Shown here: in pieces, positions 25,706 through 30,731 of the stretch
Layout of the letters: every line of letters starts with the position of its first letter
Position numbering within the stretch: the stretch's first letter is position 1
Program-made: the position numbers and the translations under genes
Assembly (NCBI GenBank): GCA_030167145.1
Contig: CP126532.1
Span: forward strand, 3,000,001 to 3,032,000
DNA from: Ktedonobacterales bacterium
GTDB taxonomy: Bacteria > Chloroflexota > Ktedonobacteria > Ktedonobacterales > JADMIN01
Direction: 5' to 3'
DNA: 32,000 bases
The notes under the pieces: model-generated
The model's input: only the letters and a program-made list of their open reading frames with translations
Told to the model about the DNA's origin: nothing
Databases searched by the model: none

Positions 25706-28700
25706 TCACTGTGAGAAGAGGCCAAGCGAGCAGATAAGCTGCGGCTCGCGGCTTGTGGCATCGTCTTGCGTATGACAGAGGCGATCTTCGTTGCGCAGGG
25801 TGATGACCAGTTCGGCAAGTATCTCATCGCTGATACCGGCCTTGAGCTGGCGGTTGAGCGTATCTATGGCGGACTGGCGCAGCGTAAAGCGATAGATGTC
25901 CTCAATAGCGCGGGGCAGTTCTTCCGATTCCCAGAGCGTGCCCTTGATGCGCTCGTTGAAAGATTTGAGGCGCTCATAGGTGCGAAAACGCGCGCCGGAG
26001 GGGCGGCCAAGCTGGCCTCCGATGTGTTGCTCTTCAGCGGCAAGGTGGCGCATGCCAGCAAGCACCAGATCGTGGTGGGCCGGGTCGCGCGGCACCGCCG
26101 GGGTGTCGGGCGCGCACTCGGCGGCGCGGAGGATGGTAAGCTGCGATTGCGTGACGGCATTGCCCTGGCGGTTCATCCAGGCGAGGGCGTCATTGCCCTC
26201 GGCGGTACGAACGTAGACGAGCACACCTTCGGGCGCGCTGGGCGTGGGCGTGTGGGCGCGGCTGGAATAAACGACGGGCGGCAGGTCGGGGATGGTTTTC
26301 TGGAGCGATGGGTCGCGGTCAATGGCGTTCTTCCAGATCTGATAGGCCTGGGAGGTGAGGTCTATTTCGGTATCGGCGTCGCCGTCGAGGATACCAGCCT
26401 TCTCGTTGTAGATATCGAGGATCGGGCGGTCGTCGCGGTCATCTTCGAAGAACGATTCATCGGTGCCGACCACCTCAGCGTTCTCGCGCAGGCGCTGGCG
26501 CACGCGCGAGCGGAGGCGGATGATACGCTCCACGCCATCGGCGGGCAGGAACGAGAGGCAGCGAATCTCATGGGCCTGCTGGCCGATGCGGTCCACACGC
26601 CCGGCGCGCTGGATGAGGCGGATGATGGCCCAGGGCAGGTCGTAGTTGACGATGATCGCACAGTCTTGCAGGTTCTGGCCTTCGGAGAGGACATCGGTGG
26701 CGATCAGCACGCGCAATTCATCGTGTGGGGCGATGGCCTTGCCATTGCTGAGCGGGCTGAAGCGCCAGGCGAGGGCGGTGGGGTCGGCGGAGTCGCCAGT
26801 GACGCCCGCGAGCGCGGATATACCGCGCGCCTGGAGTTGCGTGGTGAGATAGCGGACGGTATCGGCGAACTGGGTGAAGATGAGCACTTTGTCGTTGGGA
26901 TAGGTTTGGGTGAGGAGCGTAGCGAGCGCGTTGAGCTTGGCATCGCGCGCAGCATCCCACGGGCCACAGGTGGCGAGCACGCTGAGCAGGGCATGAGCAT
27001 CGCGCAGCAGGTGCTCGCGCAGGTCGGCGACGAAGAGGCCGGGGCGCAGCCACTTGAAGCGCTTGCGATACTGTCTGGCATAGCCGCCATAGATCTCAGC
27101 GGCACGGCGGCGATAGTCGTCTTCGGTGCGCAGCGCGCTGGTGACGCTCGCGGACTGCTCTTCTATCTCGTCATCTTCAAGGCCAGGGAGGACGGCGTCG
27201 GCATCTTCGTCGTAGGCGCGGGTATCGAGCAATTGCGGCTCCTGCGTGCCAAGCGGGAGATCATGGCCGGTCTCGATGGCGTGCAGGTAGACGAAGTTGC
27301 GCAGGATGTGGCGCTCGATGGATTCGATAAAGGCGGGGCCACCGCTTTCGAGCCGCTTGAAGAGGTTGGTACGGCAGAAGCCCATCAGACGCTTGCCCGC
27401 ACGCGAGAGACCGGCAAGCTGTTTGGCTTCCGCCTGGGTGGGGGGCTTATCCGGCGTAGGGGCGACGTAGTTGCCGAGACCGTAGCGCGGGAGATAGAGC
27501 GCGTTCACGGCGTCTACCACGCGCCCGGAATAGAGGCGGGCGTAGGGGTCGGCGGGGTCGCCGTCGTTGATGGTAAACCTGATGGTCTGCGGGACACGCG
27601 CCGGGAAGTATGAGCGCGTGCCATCGGGGAAGGTGAGGAAGGTGCGCCCGTTGGTAGGGTCGGTCTGGGCGTAGTTTTGCTGGATGAAGCCGCGCGTGCG
27701 CCGGACCATGTAGAGGCGCATCAGGTCGCGCCAGTCATCTGCGTATTCGCTCTGCTCGAAGGCGGCGAGCGAGCGCACGGGGCACTGGTGGCGGCGAACG
27801 AACTCGGTCTCGCCAAGCTCGGCAAGTCGCTTTTCGGGGCGGATGCCAAGGTCTTGCTCTGGCGGGACGAAGAGGCGCAACTGCGCGGAGAGATCGAGAT
27901 AGGTCTTGTTATAGGGCGTGGCGGTGAGCAGAATGCAGCGACTATCGTTCTGCTCGATGTACTCGCGGATGGCTTTGTAGCGGCTGCCCTCGCGGTTGCG
28001 CAGGTTGTGGCTCTCGTCAATGAGCACGAGACGGTAGCGGCGCAGGTCTGGGAGTTGCTGCATCACCTGGCTGACGGAGAGGACTTTGGCGATGAGGCGA
28101 TAGCGGGCGACGTAATCTTCCCACATCCTGACGAGGTTCTTGGGGCAGATGATGAGGGTTTCCCAACTGTAGTCGTCCTGAAAGACGCGGGCGAGCGCGG
28201 TGGCCATGAGCGTCTTGCCGAGACCGACGACATCGCCGATAAGCACGCCCGCGCGCTTGTTGACGTGATGCGCCGCGATGCGCACGGCGGCCTGCTGGAA
28301 CTCGAAAAGCTGATTACCAAAGTCGCGGGGAACGTGGAACTGAGAGAGGCCCGCTCGCGCTTCCTGGGAGAGATGGTAGGCGATCTTGAGATAGATGCAA
28401 TAGGGTGGGAGCAGGTCTTCACGCGCCCAACTGGTATCAATGATGTCCGCCAGCTCATCCGAGATGTCGAGGCACCAGCGATCCTGCCAGCGGTCGTTGA
28501 ACCACTGCTCCAGCTTACGCGCGGCGTCGTGTTCCAAAACGTCAACATTCAACTCACCCTGCTGTTTCAGCCCGGCGAAGGTGAGATTGCTGCTGCCAAG
28601 GAAGCCAGTGATGGGGTTGTTGAGATCATCGCGGAAGAGGAGATAGAGCTTGGCATGCAGCGCGTGCCGCAGATGCAGCTTGACGATGACTTTTCTGGCG

Positions 28701-29068
28701 CGAAGTTGGGCGCTGAGGCGGCGCAATGCAGCCTCGTCGGCGTCGGTAGGGATACCATGTGTGAGTTGTTCGCGGAAATCGGCGGCAGCGCGCTTCTTGA
28801 GTTGCAGCACCTGCGCCTGGTCAACCGCAGCGCCGCCGCTCAGGCTGAGGGCTGCGCGTAGCTCATCCTGCGGTAACTGCTGCATACCAACAAGCACACG
28901 ACAGCATGCGCCCTCACCACCTGCCCAGCGTTCGACGATGGGGTCTATGGTCCGCCAGCCGCGGAGGTTGAAATAGCCGACGCAAAAGTCCGCGCGCTGA
29001 GCGGTTTCGAGTGTACCGCGCAATGTGGAAAGCAGGTCCAACTCGATGTTATCGAAGATCCTGGGCAT
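25706..29068 (-). CDS. PLD(HKD)-family nuclease domain fused to an SNF2/SF2 helicase-translocase
   Basis: 1120 aa. There is a single N-terminal HKD motif (HALHAKLYLLF ... GSSNLTFAGL). The SF2/SNF2 motifs are GDVVGLGKTLMA (I), LIDESHNLRN (II), LLTATPYNK (III), SEGQNLQD (V) and QRAGRVDRIGQ (VI). A ~250-aa C-terminal extension has no recognised motif. Confidence 0.9.
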   Translation of the reverse strand: MPRIFDNIELDLLSTLRGTLETAQRADFCVGYFNLRGWRTIDPIVERWAGGEGACCRVLVGMQQLPQDELRAALSLSGGAAVDQAQVLQLKKRAAADFREQLTHGIPTDADEAALRRLSAQLRARKVIVKLHLRHALHAKLYLLFRDDLNNPITGFLGSSNLTFAGLKQQGELNVDVLEHDAARKLEQWFNDRWQDRWCLDISDELADIIDTSWAREDLLPPYCIYLKIAYHLSQEARAGLSQFHVPRDFGNQLFEFQQAAVRIAAHHVNKRAGVLIGDVVGLGKTLMATALARVFQDDYSWETLIICPKNLVRMWEDYVARYRLIAKVLSVSQVMQQLPDLRRYRLVLIDESHNLRNREGSRYKAIREYIEQNDSRCILLTATPYNKTYLDLSAQLRLFVPPEQDLGIRPEKRLAELGETEFVRRHQCPVRSLAAFEQSEYADDWRDLMRLYMVRRTRGFIQQNYAQTDPTNGRTFLTFPDGTRSYFPARVPQTIRFTINDGDPADPYARLYSGRVVDAVNALYLPRYGLGNYVAPTPDKPPTQAEAKQLAGLSRAGKRLMGFCRTNLFKRLESGGPAFIESIERHILRNFVYLHAIETGHDLPLGTQEPQLLDTRAYDEDADAVLPGLEDDEIEEQSASVTSALRTEDDYRRRAAEIYGGYARQYRKRFKWLRPGLFVADLREHLLRDAHALLSVLATCGPWDAARDAKLNALATLLTQTYPNDKVLIFTQFADTVRYLTTQLQARGISALAGVTGDSADPTALAWRFSPLSNGKAIAPHDELRVLIATDVLSEGQNLQDCAIIVNYDLPWAIIRLIQRAGRVDRIGQQAHEIRCLSFLPADGVERIIRLRSRVRQRLRENAEVVGTDESFFEDDRDDRPILDIYNEKAGILDGDADTEIDLTSQAYQIWKNAIDRDPSLQKTIPDLPPVVYSSRAHTPTPSAPEGVLVYVRTAEGNDALAWMNRQGNAVTQSQLTILRAAECAPDTPAVPRDPAHHDLVLAGMRHLAAEEQHIGGQLGRPSGARFRTYERLKSFNERIKGTLWESEELPRAIEDIYRFTLRQSAIDTLNRQLKAGISDEILAELVITLRNEDRLCHTQDDATSREPQLICSLGLFSQ

Positions 29069-29118
29069 CGCAAGCGGCTTTCTTCAGTGTAGCAAGTGAA
29101 GCGGGAATCGCGCTGTTC

Positions 29119-29147
29119 AGTATACACGCTGACCTCTTGGCGCGCAA
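29119..29147 (-). promoter_or_regulatory. Candidate promoter for the PLD-SNF2 gene
   Basis: On the minus strand: TTGCGC (complement of 29142-29147), 17-nt spacer, TATACT (complement of 29119-29124). It lies ~50 nt upstream of ATG 29068. Confidence 0.45.
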
Positions 29148-29165
29148 TGGCTGAGCGCGCCGCGA

Positions 29166-29191
29166 GTTGTACCGCCGCCGTCCCAGCGGCT
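29166..29191 (+). repeat. REP-like family B variant (GTAC) between the DprA-like and PLD-SNF2 genes
   Basis: gttgtaccgccgccgtcccagcggct: two mismatches relative to the 27-mer at 22265 and 29927. Confidence 0.7.
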
Positions 29192-29206
29192 GGCGAGACG
29201 CCTGCG

Positions 29207-29845
29207 CTACACGACGAGTGGCCAGAGGGTTGCGACGCCTGCGGGGCGAACGGGGCGAGCGCCGAGAGCAAGAAGGCTGGCGTTGTGGTCGTCTTCAAGG
29301 GTGAAGAGCGGTTTGCCCCAGGTGACGATCTCGCTGGTGAGCGCCTCAATTTTGCCGCCGGGGGAAGCATAGGCGGCAAAAACAGCAGTGGCGAGCGCGG
29401 CGGCGAAGCGGTTGCGTGTGAGGGCGGTCGCGGCGGTGAGGCGTGGCGCATTGTCAAATGGCGAGAGGATAAGCAATCGTCCCTGCTCGATGGGTGCGCG
29501 CCAGGCAGCGGGGAGGCGCATGCGAGCGATGTCACGTGCGGGGCAGAGGATAACAGGCTGGGAGCCGCGCAGCAGCAGGCGCAGGCATTCGCGTTCCATC
29601 GGCGAGTGGAAGCCGCCAATCACGGGGATGCCAGCGTCGCGCAGAGCAATGGCGAGATCGTAGGCAGCGAGGATGATGGAACCGGGACAGCGAACAGAAC
29701 AGAGAAAGGCAAGCGAAGGCCGGAGCAGTATGGCAGGGTCGCCAATAGCAATGAGCGTGGGTAGCGTAGTGAAGGCTGACCGGACGCCCGCCGGATACAA
29801 CGGGGAATCCGGCGTGATGCGCACTTGCTGTCGCGGTGCGGTCAT
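29207..29845 (-). CDS. Stand-alone DprA/Smf-like (SLOG/Rossmann) domain protein
   Basis: 212 aa; ATG 29845 with GAGAGGAGG upstream. The layout matches the DprA Rossmann core: LAFLCSVRCPGSIILAAYDLAIALRDAGIPVIGGFHSPMERECLRLLLRG..PVILCPARDI...GRLLILSPF...RNRFAAALATAVFAAYASPGGKIEAL. It lacks the N-terminal SAM and C-terminal DML1/winged-helix domains of competence DprA. Confidence 0.65.
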   Translation of the reverse strand: MTAPRQQVRITPDSPLYPAGVRSAFTTLPTLIAIGDPAILLRPSLAFLCSVRCPGSIILAAYDLAIALRDAGIPVIGGFHSPMERECLRLLLRGSQPVILCPARDIARMRLPAAWRAPIEQGRLLILSPFDNAPRLTAATALTRNRFAAALATAVFAAYASPGGKIEALTSEIVTWGKPLFTLEDDHNASLLALGARPVRPAGVATLWPLVV

Positions 29846-29871
29846 AGTGCGAGCGGCCTCCTCTCAGCGGG

Positions 29872-29880
29872 ATTGTATCA
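29872..29880 (-). promoter_or_regulatory. Extended -10 promoter for the DprA-like gene
   Basis: The minus strand reads TGaTACAAT (complement of 29880-29872), ~27 nt upstream of ATG 29845 with the RBS in between. Confidence 0.45.
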
Positions 29881-29926
29881 TGCGGGCAGGTGCAGACGGT
29901 GGCCGGAGTCCCGCCTGCGGTACAAG

Positions 29927-29953
29927 GTTGTAGCGCCGCCGTCCCGGCGGCTC
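29927..29953 (+). repeat. REP-like family B element, identical to 22265-22291
   Basis: 27/27 identity, same orientation. It sits between the two divergent promoters. Confidence 0.8.
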
Positions 29954-29989
29954 CTGGGGCGGACCGTCCCGTCTGCCCGCCCGCTCACC

Positions 29990-30018
29990 TTGACCGTATC
30001 GAACGCATGTCCTATACT
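29990..30018 (+). promoter_or_regulatory. Near-consensus sigma70 promoter firing into a gene-less repeat region
   Basis: TTGACC (29990-29995), exactly 17-nt spacer, TATACT (30013-30018). No convincing ORF or RBS occurs for the next ~700 nt. Confidence 0.55.
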
Positions 30019-30107
30019 ACCCCTAAACCCATGCCACCACGCGCGGTGAGCCACAACACGGCGCCGCTCCCCCACCACCCGGAGGAGCGGCGTCCTTCAT
30101 TCTCCAG

Positions 30108-30657
30108 CAGAATCGGCAACTTTGCTCTCCCCTTCCCTACCTCTGCTCTCCCCTTCCCTGGTAGGGAAGGGGTTGGGGGTTAGGTCATTGCGGCGAAAAA
30201 ATGAAACAGCGGCGAAAACGGCGAAAATCGCAAAAACGAAAAATCGGCAGAATCGGCAACTGCCATCATCTGCAATTGCGAGCATCGGCCATATCGGCCA
30301 CTGGTGGGGCAGACATTCCTGTCTGCCACTCCGGCCATATCGGCCACTGCCAATCGCCTGCGAACAAGATTACCCACGGCATTCATGCCGAGAGCTTCCC
30401 TCATCATCCGCCTGCCCTTCGCACCGAATCAAAAAATCGGCAGAATCGGCAACTCTGGCAACTGCACAAATCGGCCACATCGGCCATTTCGGCAACTCTG
30501 GCAACTGCCACATACGCGAAATCGCGGCGAAAACGGCGAAAAATCTCCCCCACTTCCCGTCATATCCCGTCATTCGCCCCATCCAACCGCAAAAATCGGC
30601 CAAATCGGCAACTGCCCCTGTGCGGCCATTCCGGCCACTCCGGCCACTCCGGCCAAG
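30108..30657 (+). repeat. Non-coding mosaic array of short direct repeats built on a CGGC(A/C/G)A core with 9-bp spacing
   Basis: I counted 23 CGGC[ACG] cores by hand. Within clusters they are always 9 bp apart (for example 30245/30254, 30286/30295, 30472/30481/30490, 30623/30632/30641/30650). Longer exact modules: 23-mer aaaaatcggcagaatcggcaact at 30239 and 30432 (variants at 30108 and 30591); 20-mer tcggcaactctggcaactgc at 30446 and 30489; 19-mer gcggcgaaaacggcgaaaa at 30209 and 30524; 18-mer cggccatatcggccactg at 30286 and 30332; ccggccact in triplicate at 30631-30657. Confidence 0.85.
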
Positions 30658-30688
30658 AGATGCGGAGCCAAGGATCGCTTGGTGGCAA

Positions 30689-30697
30689 TGGTACAAT
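30689..30697 (+). promoter_or_regulatory. Extended -10 promoter proximal to the 30732 gene
   Basis: TGgTACAAT at 30689-30697, ~35 nt upstream of ATG 30732/30735. Confidence 0.4.
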
Positions 30698-30731
30698 GGA
30701 TAGAATAGGCGAAGTGCGGTCATGGGAAGGG

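Noticed and set aside
25657-25827. 57-aa N-terminal extension of the MTase ORF as given in the track (start 25827)
   Set aside because: It would overlap the helicase C-terminus by ~120 nt and read through the REP hairpin. ATG 25656 has a strong GAAGGAG RBS at ideal spacing and begins the conserved N-terminal domain.
23416-28861. Very long plus-strand ORFs in the track (23416..25578, 720 aa; 25766..27613, 615 aa; 27677..28861, 394 aa) opposite the MTase and helicase genes
   Set aside because: These are antisense shadow ORFs typical of high-GC DNA. Their products are Gly/Ala/Val/Asp/Glu-rich low-information sequences with no motifs or RBS. The minus strand, by contrast, carries complete and correctly ordered MTase and PLD/SNF2 motif sets.
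29096-29764. 222-aa plus-strand ORF opposite the DprA-like gene
   Set aside because: It is Gly/Ala/Glu-rich shadow sequence that spans an intergenic REP and a promoter region. The minus-strand product has a coherent DprA-like Rossmann pattern and an RBS.
30150-30172. Perfect 10-bp hairpin as an intrinsic terminator
   Set aside because: It is a strong stem, but it is followed by ttggggg rather than a U-tract, and there is no U-tract on the opposite strand. I keep it only as a structural element of the putative transcript.
30108-30657. Possible CRISPR array
   Set aside because: The repeat units are 9-23 nt, degenerate, and directly abutting or irregularly spaced. There are no uniform ~30-nt unique spacers, no cas genes and no leader-like organisation.
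30122-30708. ORFs of 193 aa and 134 aa (plus) and 140 aa (minus) across the 9-bp repeat array
   Set aside because: Several frames are open at once because the repeat units lack stop codons. The products are tri-residue periodic low-complexity strings (IGHIGH, RPLRPLRP, KTAKIAKTK), and there is no RBS. I treat the region as non-coding repeat DNA.
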